Assembly (NCBI RefSeq): GCF_000253055.1
Contig: NC_016070.1
Span: 1,500,001 to 1,532,000, forward strand
Source: Thermoproteus tenax Kra 1
Lineage (GTDB): Archaea > Thermoproteota > Thermoprotei > Thermoproteales > Thermoproteaceae
DNA length: 32,000 nt
Direction: 5' to 3'
Below are positions 7,494-15,520 of this stretch, piece after piece. Within the stretch, counting starts at the first letter, position 1, and each line of letters starts with the position of its first letter. Position numbers and translations under genes: made by a program. The notes under the pieces were generated by a model, which had not been told where the DNA came from, did no database searches, and worked only from the letters and a program-made list of their open reading frames with translations.

Positions 7494-8239
7494 GGGTGGG
7501 GATAATCGGGGCGGGCAAGATGGGCCTCTGGCTGAAGAGAGAGATATCGGCTCTTCATGAGGTTTATCTACACGATGTAGATGAGAGAAAAAGCGAGAAA
7601 CCTCTCGGCGAACTAGTGAGCGATAGCGACGTCATAATAGTCGCCGTCGGCTTCAGAGACGTCTCCAAAGTCCTCCAAGGGCTAAGCGCCATGCCTCTGT
7701 GCGGCAAACTCGTGATGGACATAGCCTCCTTCAAAAAGTATGTGCTCGATGGCTACAGAGCTCTGCCCGACTGTGCCCTCGCCGCTACTGTCCACCCCAT
7801 GTTCGGCCCCGGAGCTGAGAGCATAAAGGGAAAGAAGGTCGTAGTCATGGAGGTTCCTGGGCGCCAAGGCGTCGAGATGGCCGAGGACTTCTTCAGAGGA
7901 TTGGGCGCAAGAGTAGTGAGGGGGTCTCTGGACGACCATGAGAAGTACGTGAGATACACCATAGCGCTCAGCTATGCAGTGGGATTGGCGCTCGCCAGAA
8001 TCTATTCAAAATATGGAGATGCGTTGGAAAAATACGGCGGAACATCCTTTAGATATCTCTCGATATACGTCGAATCGCTCTTGGGGGATCCCTCGGCGGA
8101 GCTATACGCTGAAGAGGCCCGGGACGTCCTAGACGAGTTCATTGAGGCATTGAGGGCCAAAGGCATGCCTAGGCCCACTATGGATCCAGCGGAGGCCTAC
8201 GAGCTGTTCTATAGGGCTCTGTCAACGCTTGGGTACTAG
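7490..8239 (+). CDS. tyrA: prephenate dehydrogenase
   Basis: 249 aa. N-terminal Rossmann motif VGIIGAGKMG and the HPMFGP catalytic-histidine motif are typical of TyrA. Confidence 0.85.
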   Translation: MRVGIIGAGKMGLWLKREISALHEVYLHDVDERKSEKPLGELVSDSDVIIVAVGFRDVSKVLQGLSAMPLCGKLVMDIASFKKYVLDGYRALPDCALAATVHPMFGPGAESIKGKKVVVMEVPGRQGVEMAEDFFRGLGARVVRGSLDDHEKYVRYTIALSYAVGLALARIYSKYGDALEKYGGTSFRYLSIYVESLLGDPSAELYAEEARDVLDEFIEALRAKGMPRPTMDPAEAYELFYRALSTLGY

Positions 8240-8962
8240 TCTCGCCATGGCGCCTTCGAAGGCCGAGGCCATGACCCTCTCGATCTCGGCCATCTCCACC
8301 AACGCCTTGATCGTGGTGCCTCCCGGGGTTGCTATCATCTCCACGAGCTCCTCAGGCGATCTCTGCCTCATGAGGAGGGGGACGTAGCGGAAGAGCTCGT
8401 CGGCCACTTCCTTGGCGATGTCCCAAGGCACTCCTATATCCACCGAGGCGCGGACAAAACTATCTAAAAGTTTGGCGACCAAGGCGGGGCCACTGCCGAG
8501 GACTACAGTCAAGGGGTCTATGAGCTTCTCGTCTACCCATATGACCCTCGGCGAAATAGCTTTCAACAGTCCATCTATCTGTTCATCATAGGGGCCTGTC
8601 ACTGCGATAGTCGTCAATGCAACGTTCGTCATCGCCCTGAAGGGCCTGTTGGAAAACGCAGATAGCTTGGATAAAGGCACGCCTGCAACAAAGGATATTA
8701 AGGGCTTCTCGGTCTTGACGGAGATCTCCTCGACGTTATAGGGCTTAACCGAGAGGATAACTACATCGCTCTTAGACACCACTACGTTGTTATCCAAGTG
8801 CACCTCAAAGCCCATCTTAGTGAGCCTCTCGCGGGACTTGGGAGATTTTACAGAGCCTAGAACTCGGAACCCCCTATCTCTCAGCTTCAACCCTAACGCC
8901 GAGCCCAGTTTGCCCAAGCCTATTATGCCAACCACTTGGGGGACTGGTGTCCATGCCTTCAC
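8222..8962 (-). CDS. proC: pyrroline-5-carboxylate reductase
   Basis: 246 aa. GIIGLGKLG Rossmann motif, SVKP, FVAGV, GSGPA and the C-terminal TPGGTTIKAL motif are characteristic of ProC. Start uncertain (GTG 8962 or GTG 8935). Convergent 18-nt overlap with tyrA. Confidence 0.85.
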   Translation of the reverse strand: MKAWTPVPQVVGIIGLGKLGSALGLKLRDRGFRVLGSVKSPKSRERLTKMGFEVHLDNNVVVSKSDVVILSVKPYNVEEISVKTEKPLISFVAGVPLSKLSAFSNRPFRAMTNVALTTIAVTGPYDEQIDGLLKAISPRVIWVDEKLIDPLTVVLGSGPALVAKLLDSFVRASVDIGVPWDIAKEVADELFRYVPLLMRQRSPEELVEMIATPGGTTIKALVEMAEIERVMASAFEGAMARLVPKR

Positions 8963-9086
8963 TTCGAAAACTATTTTTAAATCTTTATCAGAGGCCGGGC
9001 ATGGGCCTTGATACGGCGATAATAGCCCTAGTATATTTACTCGTGATCTTGATAACTGTGCTCAGGCTAAGAAAAGGGCGTTCATG

Positions 9087-10076
9087 CTAGTCGAGCATCA
9101 CGACCTGTCTCCCCACGTGTCTCGATTGGGGCATCCCTTTGACAAGTTCAGGCACTCTATCGAAACTGAAGGCCGTGTACACAGCTCTCACTTTACCCTC
9201 GGACAACAGCCGCAAGGCCTCCGCCAAATCAGAACGGGAGCCTTGCAACACAGGCAAGACATCTATCTCCTTGAGTATAAATAGACCCAGTTTGATCAAC
9301 GCAGGGTTTGGATCGACGTTGCCTATTAACGCTATTTTGCCTCCTGGCTTCAGAGAGCGGGCCGATTGTTCAAGAGTGGGTCCTCCCACAGTCTCTACCA
9401 CAACATCGGCGTATCCCAGCCTCTTGACCTCTTCGGCGAATTCTTGGGAAGTTATCACATAGTCTGCAAATTTAGAGACAAGCTCGGCCTTCTGAGGCTT
9501 TGTGATGGCGACAGTCCTTGCTCCATAGGCCTTAGCTATTTGAAGCGCATGGATCCCGACGCCGCCCGAGGCCCCCGTGACCGCCACCAGATAGCCCTGC
9601 CTCACGCCGGTCTTCTTCACGGCCCTAACCACAGTCGAGAGGACGCATGCTGCGAAGGAGGCGGCCGCAAAATCCACGTTGTCCGGAATCTTAACAAGGG
9701 ACTTGGCATCTACAGATATATATTCAGCGTAGGCTCCCCATATGTCCTCTCCGAATACCCTCTTGTTTTTACAAAGGTACTCACGTCCCGACTTGCAGTA
9801 CTCACACTCGCCACAATATTCAAACATCATGCCGGCCACTCTATCGCCTGGGCCCAACTCTACGCCGTCGCCTACCTCGACAACAATACCGGCAAACTCA
9901 TGGCCGGGCACGGTGGGGAACTTAACCCTCTGCCAACCTGCCCAGGACAGATAATCCCTATAGCAAATTCCGAAGGCCTTCACCTTGACCACAGCTCTGC
10001 CGGGAGCAGCCCTTGGTTTTTCTACCTCAGAAAGCTCGAGCTCGCCCCTCGGTTGTCGTAATAAATAGGCCTTCAT
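9087..10076 (-). CDS. zinc-dependent alcohol dehydrogenase (MDR superfamily)
   Basis: 329 aa. GHEFAGIVVEVGDGV (catalytic Zn), the structural-Zn cluster CGECEYCKSGREYLC, and the GASGGVG nucleotide-binding motif. Confidence 0.85.
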   Translation of the reverse strand: MKAYLLRQPRGELELSEVEKPRAAPGRAVVKVKAFGICYRDYLSWAGWQRVKFPTVPGHEFAGIVVEVGDGVELGPGDRVAGMMFEYCGECEYCKSGREYLCKNKRVFGEDIWGAYAEYISVDAKSLVKIPDNVDFAAASFAACVLSTVVRAVKKTGVRQGYLVAVTGASGGVGIHALQIAKAYGARTVAITKPQKAELVSKFADYVITSQEFAEEVKRLGYADVVVETVGGPTLEQSARSLKPGGKIALIGNVDPNPALIKLGLFILKEIDVLPVLQGSRSDLAEALRLLSEGKVRAVYTAFSFDRVPELVKGMPQSRHVGRQVVMLD

Positions 10077-10137
10077 ACCAGAGAGAGGGGGGTCGCTTTT
10101 AAAGCTGTCTCAGGAGAATTTATCTTGCATAGTAGCC

Positions 10138-10908
10138 GTGAGTGTACAGATAGATATAGTGGGACGATGCCCTGTATGCGGAGGAGAGAGGCTGGCCCTC
10201 AATTCAGAGTACATGGTCGTCTGTACATCGTGTGGGACTGTCCTGGGAGGCGCCGTGGCGTCAGGCGCCTATGCTACGAGACGTGACGATGACCACGCCC
10301 CGATCTTTGGTTCCACGCTCTTCGATTGGCACGATATAAGGGGACTAGTCGTGCCTAAATACAAGGTCTACGAGATGTTGAACAGAAGAGTTTCGAGCGG
10401 CGTAGAGACCGAGATCGATAAGCTCGCATCTCTGTTGAGCCTGCCCAAGGCCTGTTCGAGCACAGCCAAGTGGATAGTCATGCGTATACGCTATGTCCGC
10501 GACGTGGAGCTCACCGCCGCCGCCGCCCTGTTTATATCTTGCCGGATAGTGAAGACTTATGCCGACTTTAAGTTCAAGGGTTTTGACGCCGAAAAGCTGA
10601 GGAGGAAGATAGTGTTGCTCCAGAAGTTGGCCAAATTGAGCATGCCGCCGCCTCCGCCCGTTCAAGTAATACACCACCTTGTCTCCGAGTTTAAGCTGGG
10701 CCCCGAAGTCGTTAGAGATTCGCTCGATATACTGGAGGTATTATCCCCCATTCTAGGTAGGGGGAAGATAGCCCAGCTAGTAGCATTTATCCTAGCGGCA
10801 AGGGCGCGGGGCCATAAGATAGATGTACGCGCTGTTGCGGATGCCTCTTGGTCTCAGCCGGACCTTATAGTCGACGCCTTGAAGACAGTTGCTAGGGCTG
10901 TGAAGTAG
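10138..10908 (+). CDS. TFIIB/TFB-like protein (Zn-ribbon plus divergent cyclin-like region), short paralog
   Basis: 256 aa, GTG start. N-terminal CPVCGG-x13-CTSCG ribbon as in TFB. The downstream segment LSLPKACSSTAKWIV...LTAAAALFISCRIV resembles a cyclin repeat. It is shorter than canonical TFB (about 300-330 aa). Confidence 0.55.
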   Translation: MSVQIDIVGRCPVCGGERLALNSEYMVVCTSCGTVLGGAVASGAYATRRDDDHAPIFGSTLFDWHDIRGLVVPKYKVYEMLNRRVSSGVETEIDKLASLLSLPKACSSTAKWIVMRIRYVRDVELTAAAALFISCRIVKTYADFKFKGFDAEKLRRKIVLLQKLAKLSMPPPPPVQVIHHLVSEFKLGPEVVRDSLDILEVLSPILGRGKIAQLVAFILAARARGHKIDVRAVADASWSQPDLIVDALKTVARAVK

Positions 10909-10933
10909 CCGCCGGACGGCCCCTGAGCAAAGG

Positions 10934-10940
10934 TTTTAAA
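10934..10940 (+). promoter_or_regulatory. TATA-like box for tRNA-Leu
   Basis: TTTTAAA centred about 25 nt upstream of tRNA position 1 (10962). Confidence 0.5.
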
Positions 10941-10961
10941 CTGAGCAGTTATATCAGAGAC

Positions 10962-11063
10962 GCGGGGGTGCCCGAGCCAGGTCAAAGGGGCAGAGGAGAG
11001 GTCCGCCCAAGGTTTAGGTCCCTGTGGCGTAGGCCTGCGTGGGTTCAAATCCCACCCCCCGCA
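10962..11063 (+). tRNA. tRNA-Leu (anticodon UAG), class II, with 17-nt non-canonical intron (10994-11010) in the anticodon stem (position 29/30)
   Basis: Acceptor GCGGGGG/CCCCCGC, long variable arm UGGCGUAGGCCUGC, T arm GUGGG-UUCAAAU-CCCAC. Anticodon stem CAGGG/CCCUG with loop UUUAGGU forms only after removal of AGGAGAGGUCCGCCCAA. Precursor fold: 4-bp helix GGGC (10988-91)/GCCC (11005-08) flanked by 3-nt bulges AG|A and AA|G, plus intron hairpin GGA-GAGG-UCC. Confidence 0.9.
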
Positions 11064-12061
11064 TTCCGTTCTCTGCAGGTCTCTTCAAGCACCTCTACGA
11101 ATAGAGACATAGCCTCTCTGAACTCGCTGTAAGGTACGGAGGCTAGTCCGACCCGAACGCCGTTATCCACGCCGAAGTAACGCCCCGGCACTACAGCTAT
11201 GCTCTTATTGAGTAGCCTATAGGCCAATTCGGTGCCCGAGATATTGCACAGAGGCTTAAAGTATAGAACTGGCATATATTCGGTGTATAACACATCCCCA
11301 TAGAGCTTAAGCGCAGAGAGGGCGGGCAACCGCTCTCTTATTAGCGATATGTTCCTCTCCCGAAAAACAGCCCTATTCCTCAGCAGATAGGAGGCATACC
11401 TAACGCCCAGGCGGAAGTTGAGCGGGCTCACTAAGTCTATCACCTCCGTTGCGCGTTGTACTATGTGCTCATCTCCCACAATCCAACCGACCTTAAACTC
11501 GGGCGTCGTGTAGAACTTCGATGTGCTGGACGTATAGACTATGCGTTCAAGGGGGAGACCGGACAGATTGTCGGTCACGAACTCCATAAAGATGCTGTCT
11601 ATAACCGCATATGCGTTCTTTCTACGGAGCTCATCGCTGAGCTCCCAGAGCCGTCTCTCGCTTAAGAAGAGGCCGGTGGGGTTGTTCGGGCTGGAGAGAA
11701 ACAACAGGGAATTCTGCTTGACGGCGCCCACTATGTTCTCATAGGTAAGCTCCAATACGGCCTGCCTCATGCCGAGAAATTGAGGCAGAAGGCGAATTGG
11801 CTCATACTCTGGCACGAAAGTTATTGCCTCAGCCACACCCATAGACTTCAATGCGGCCAGCGCAGCGAAATTGGCCTCTTGGGCGCCGTAAGTTATAGCT
11901 ATGTTTTCCTTCTTGACCTGATAGAGGGACGACAAGACGTCTGACAGATCCCCCGAGATCTCGGGGCGGATACTGTCGATATCAATGGGCAAGACTCCGC
12001 TACTGGCCAGATCGTATTTGGCTTTAAGCGCTCTGAGCCAGACAAAGTGTCCTATCTGCAC
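11045..12061 (-). CDS. class I/II PLP-dependent aminotransferase (short form; substrate unknown)
   Basis: 338 aa, GTG start. SSPNNPTG and the PLP-lysine motif SSTSKFY. The last 19 nt overlap the 3' end of tRNA-Leu on the opposite strand. Confidence 0.8.
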   Translation of the reverse strand: MQIGHFVWLRALKAKYDLASSGVLPIDIDSIRPEISGDLSDVLSSLYQVKKENIAITYGAQEANFAALAALKSMGVAEAITFVPEYEPIRLLPQFLGMRQAVLELTYENIVGAVKQNSLLFLSSPNNPTGLFLSERRLWELSDELRRKNAYAVIDSIFMEFVTDNLSGLPLERIVYTSSTSKFYTTPEFKVGWIVGDEHIVQRATEVIDLVSPLNFRLGVRYASYLLRNRAVFRERNISLIRERLPALSALKLYGDVLYTEYMPVLYFKPLCNISGTELAYRLLNKSIAVVPGRYFGVDNGVRVGLASVPYSEFREAMSLFVEVLEETCRERNAGGGI

Positions 12062-12242
12062 GCCAACAAAATGACGCTCTATTTTAAGTCACCTGCACGT
12101 CTGCCTGATGGCTTTGCATGCTCGACGTCGGCATGTAACGTTTGCAAGAGCGCCCGAGTCTGTTGAGTAAATGGCGAAGGCGTCCAGGTGGAGTCTAGAT
12201 TTTCTAACGCTATCTGTTTTTAGAGTCCCCGTAGGTAGCAAA

Positions 12243-12908
12243 GTGATCTTGATCCTCGCCGAGTCTTCGCTTGAGCTAATCCCGCCTGAGATACAAAGTC
12301 ACCCACTAATACTTAGGGACGCAAGGAGGAGGGGCAAGGAGCCAAGGAGCATACTGCTAGATAAGGCGAGGCACTATAAGGCCATGAGGGGCCTGCCCAA
12401 GTCTGAGAAGAGGGGTAGACCCGATATTGTTCATATGAGTATGTTGGCTTTCCAATACAGCGTTTTGAACATGAAAGGCATGGGCCGTATGTTTGTCCAC
12501 ACTATAAACGACGTAGTAATAAGGTTGAGAAGCGACGCACGTATTCCTAAGAACTACTGGAACTTCGTAGGCCTGATGGAACAGCTGTTGAATGCCGGCG
12601 CAGTCCCGCCCTGGGGCGAGCCGCTGTTGATCGCCGAGAGGAAGAGTTTGAGGGAGTTGCTCAGAGAGTTGGGCGGGAGGTGGATTGTATTACACGAGGA
12701 GGGCAACCGCGTGGATCCTCTGGAGTTGGGCAGAGCTCTCGCAAACTCGGTGGTTGTGGTCGGCGGGTTTCCCCACGGAGACTTCGAGGACAAGCGGATA
12801 CTGAGAGACGCCTCCTCAGTGTTCCGAATAAGCGATATGCCGTTAGACGCCTGGCAGGTCGTGTTTAGAGCTGTGACGCTCGCGGAAATCTCGCTAGGCC
12901 TTATTTAG
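12243..12908 (+). CDS. nep1: ribosomal RNA small-subunit methyltransferase Nep1 (EMG1-like SPOUT)
   Basis: KRGRPDIVHMSMLA and an N-terminal ILILAESSLELIPPEI match Nep1. The ORF track starts at ATG 12171. I prefer in-frame GTG 12243, because TTTTTA (12217-12222) sits about 24 nt upstream and family N-termini begin at the ILIL segment. Confidence 0.8.
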   Translation: MILILAESSLELIPPEIQSHPLILRDARRRGKEPRSILLDKARHYKAMRGLPKSEKRGRPDIVHMSMLAFQYSVLNMKGMGRMFVHTINDVVIRLRSDARIPKNYWNFVGLMEQLLNAGAVPPWGEPLLIAERKSLRELLRELGGRWIVLHEEGNRVDPLELGRALANSVVVVGGFPHGDFEDKRILRDASSVFRISDMPLDAWQVVFRAVTLAEISLGLI

Positions 12909-13274
12909 GTTTCTCAACACTCTGAGCCAAGTGGCTATGGACTCTCCGCCAGCCACCAGCTTGTTCCTTATTAAATAGTATTGGCTGACTTTTCCCCTCT
13001 CCACGAGCCATGCGGCGAACATGTTCACTAGAACCCTTTCGGCGCCTCTCTTCAACATCCCCATCGCGTAGTCGACCGAGTAATCTCTAGCTACAGGGTT
13101 GCCTCTCTGTGCTGCATCCCTCGCCCTTGCCAGAAGGAGTTTAGGCCCCATCTCTTGGAGCCACTCTCTAAATGCTCCTAACTCCGTCTGGAACTTCCTC
13201 GCTATGTCGGTCTCCGAAAATCTTTCCCAAAGCTTGTTGAGCTCGTTTAGAATGGTCTTCTCCTCTTGGGCCAT
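12894..13274 (-). CDS. hypothetical helical protein
   Basis: ORF-track start ATG 13292 lies inside the A/T box ATATATTTTAAA (13291-13302). The second ATG at 13274 (MAQEEKTIL...) sits about 23 nt downstream of that box centre. No family recognised. Confidence 0.5.
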   Translation of the reverse strand: MAQEEKTILNELNKLWERFSETDIARKFQTELGAFREWLQEMGPKLLLARARDAAQRGNPVARDYSVDYAMGMLKRGAERVLVNMFAAWLVERGKVSQYYLIRNKLVAGGESIATWLRVLRNLNKA

Positions 13275-13315
13275 GTAGGAGGGGCTCCTCATATATTTTA
13301 AACCTTCCTTCTATT

Positions 13316-13909
13316 GTGCTTGATAAGAGGTCGCTGGCTAGGCTTATAGATTCACTGCCAACTTTTAGAGAACCGAAATTGCGCCTGGAGCAGTATGTGA
13401 CGCCGGGCGACGTGGTGGCCACTATAGTATGGTCCTCATTTATGCGGGGGGAACTAGGCGCAGGCTGGGCGGTGGACTTAGGTTGCGGCACCGGCAGGTT
13501 TGCGTATGCAATAACAGCCCTGGGGGGCCGCGCGGTATGTTTGGACATAGACGTCGACGCACTTCGTATAGCGCGTGAGCTTGGTCTCGACGTGGCCGTC
13601 TGCGATGCAAGGATGCCGTGCGCTAAAGCTGGAGTCATCGTTTTCATGAATCCGCCCTTCGGCGTATGGAAAACCCACGCAGATTTGGAGTTCCTCAGGG
13701 GCGCTTCCAAGATCGCCGATATTATATACTCTATACACAAGAGGACAACTCAACAATTTATAGAGAGGGCGGCTGCTCAACTGGGCTACCGAGCTGAGGT
13801 CATCGAGATAGCCTATATTCCGATTCCGCCGATGTACAGACACCATAGAAAGTGGAGACATAAAGTCGAGGCGACCGTATTTAGATTCCAACGGACCTCT
13901 GGCTACTAA
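13316..13909 (+). CDS. SAM-dependent methyltransferase, METTL5-like putative RNA N6-adenine methylase
   Basis: 197 aa, GTG start. LEQYVTP, SAM motif I VDLGCGTGRF and catalytic motif IV NPPFG. Confidence 0.8.
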   Translation: MLDKRSLARLIDSLPTFREPKLRLEQYVTPGDVVATIVWSSFMRGELGAGWAVDLGCGTGRFAYAITALGGRAVCLDIDVDALRIARELGLDVAVCDARMPCAKAGVIVFMNPPFGVWKTHADLEFLRGASKIADIIYSIHKRTTQQFIERAAAQLGYRAEVIEIAYIPIPPMYRHHRKWRHKVEATVFRFQRTSGY

Positions 13910-14175
13910 GTCGCCAAGAGGGATCTCTCAAGAGCTTCAAGGTCGTTGAGGATGTTCTGGACGGCTCTTCTTATGGCGTCGAGGGGAGCGCCGTTCCTAG
14001 TCTTAACCTTGAAGGTTACGTCCTCAATCAGGGGATGCCCTACGTCGAACGTCACATACTCTACATCTGGGTCTTCAGAGAGATATTCGACCAAGGGCGA
14101 GAAGAGGGTGTATGTCTCGCCCTTAGTCTTAAGCTCAAGGTAATGTTCGTCGAGCTTGACGATTTCTATCGACAT
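13906..14175 (-). CDS. rpoL: DNA-directed RNA polymerase subunit L (Rpo11)
   Basis: MSIEIVKLDEHYLELKTKGETYTLFSPLVEYLSEDPDVEYVTFDVGHPL... matches the RpoL/Rpb11 pattern. The ATG at 14175 is preferred over the GTG one codon upstream. CCTAAATAAG on the minus strand lies about 28 nt upstream. Confidence 0.85.
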   Translation of the reverse strand: MSIEIVKLDEHYLELKTKGETYTLFSPLVEYLSEDPDVEYVTFDVGHPLIEDVTFKVKTRNGAPLDAIRRAVQNILNDLEALERSLLAT

Positions 14176-14261
14176 CACGTTGCCGAGATATGTCCAGCTT
14201 ATTTAGGTTTTGGCCCTACACCTATTAAGAGCGCTTGGACAAAAGGCGGAGGACGCGCGCC

Positions 14262-14858
14262 CTACGTCTGACCTATAACAGCGAAAAGAGCCTTTTTGGC
14301 CGCCGCTAGATTGCCCCTTATGCTGTAGACATCCCCCTTATTTAATATGCCGATAGATGTGAGACGCTCCAACGCCTCCTCTGGGGAAACCCTCTTTACC
14401 GCTATATATAGAGCCACGACCCTCTTCGCGTGGGGACTGACAGGGTATTTCTCCAGGGTCTTGTACACTGCCGATAGCCTCTCCAACGCCCTTGTCACTT
14501 CCTCGAAGGTCGCATCGGTCTGTAGATCTAAGCCCCTCAATTTAGCCCTATGGCCGCTCGCCTCCAGATAGTCGGCCAACACATCGGGAGGCACGGGCGC
14601 AACTACTTCGGCCTTGGCGAAAACCATATCTAGGGGATAGCTACGCAGCGGCCTTATCTTGGTCCGCGCGATGCCGGCCGCGGTCTTTACAACAGCCGCC
14701 GATCTCTTTATATCGGCAGGAGAGCCGCTCAGCTGTATATATACGTTGTTGCCCCTCACTATCGCGTAGTATTCCGTCTTTACATAGACAGGCAGAAGCT
14801 CTAGAAAGTGCTCCAGCTCTTCCTTACTGGCGAACTTGACCGATATTCTCTTAAACAT
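14262..14858 (-). CDS. conserved archaeal protein between csl4 and rpoL (DUF2067-like, tentative)
   Basis: 198 aa. It overlaps the csl4 stop by 8 nt, so it is in the same operon. The family assignment comes from memory of gene neighbourhood, not from motifs. Confidence 0.5.
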   Translation of the reverse strand: MFKRISVKFASKEELEHFLELLPVYVKTEYYAIVRGNNVYIQLSGSPADIKRSAAVVKTAAGIARTKIRPLRSYPLDMVFAKAEVVAPVPPDVLADYLEASGHRAKLRGLDLQTDATFEEVTRALERLSAVYKTLEKYPVSPHAKRVVALYIAVKRVSPEEALERLTSIGILNKGDVYSIRGNLAAAKKALFAVIGQT

Positions 14859-15387
14859 AGAAGCCGTGAGCTATCTTCCTAACGGCGGTGGCTCCGCAGA
14901 CAGGGCACACTAGAATGCCTCCGCGCCTCCTCATTACATTGCCGCATTTGGGGCACACAGCCCTCACGACGCCGAAGGTGGAGCCCCTTATAGAGAGCAG
15001 AAACGGAGGGCCGTAGTTCGACACCACTCTGGCTCTAACGTAGTCGCCTATGCCGACTTTGCCGTCCACAAGTTGAGGCGGTATCAAGCCGGTCACCGGA
15101 TACTTTAACTCCTCAAATCCCTCTTTCATCTCCCTCGCAACACATCTGACGTTGAGCGCTCTTACGCCCTTGGACGTCACCACGCAGTAGAGTATATCGC
15201 CTTGTCTTGGGTACGAGTCGCGCTTAAACGGCTTTACCACTGCTGTATGGCTCAGAGAGTCGTACACGACATATCCTAGCGCAGAGGATCTGAACACGCT
15301 GTCAAGATACGAGCTGCCCTCGACCATAAACTCCTCGGGCATCGCTACCTCCTCTCCGGGCAAGACCAATTTCCGCTTGACGCTCAC
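14851..15387 (-). CDS. csl4: exosome complex RNA-binding protein Csl4
   Basis: 178 aa. N-terminal LPGEEV segment, a central S1-like domain and a C-terminal zinc ribbon CPKCG-x11-CPVCG. Confidence 0.85.
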   Translation of the reverse strand: MSVKRKLVLPGEEVAMPEEFMVEGSSYLDSVFRSSALGYVVYDSLSHTAVVKPFKRDSYPRQGDILYCVVTSKGVRALNVRCVAREMKEGFEELKYPVTGLIPPQLVDGKVGIGDYVRARVVSNYGPPFLLSIRGSTFGVVRAVCPKCGNVMRRRGGILVCPVCGATAVRKIAHGFYV

Positions 15388-15430
15388 AAGTGCTGTGAAC
15401 GTGCAAGATTAAATCTCTTCTCAGAGAAAC

Positions 15431-15438
15431 CTTTAAAG
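15431..15438 (+). promoter_or_regulatory. TATA-like box for the C/D sRNA candidate
   Basis: CTTTAAAG centred about 26 nt upstream of 15461. Confidence 0.4.
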
Positions 15439-15460
15439 CGGAGGGCCAACATAGGGAGAG

Positions 15461-15520
15461 CCCTGTGATGTAGGTCTTTAGTAGTGATAGACTGAACGCG
15501 AACCCACGAACTGAGGGTCT
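15461..15520 (+). ncRNA. C/D box sRNA candidate with degenerate internal boxes
   Basis: GUGAUGU (C, 15465-71), 12-nt guide AGGUCUUUAGUA, GUGA (D', 15484-87), UAGA, CUGAACG (C', 15492-98), 12-nt guide CGAACCCACGAA and CUGA (D, 15511-14). Flanks CCC/GGG can form a terminal stem. The 12/4/12 spacing is canonical. Confidence 0.5.

Noticed and set aside
12071-12166. 31-codon Cys-rich ORF (MTLYFKSPARLPDGFACSTSACNVCKSARVC) in the aminotransferase/nep1 spacer.
   Set aside because: There is no TATA-like box at a suitable distance upstream; the only A/T box lies inside the ORF and fits the divergent aminotransferase. The cysteines derive from the GCATGC/CGACGTCG palindrome. It is likely a by-product of that sequence.
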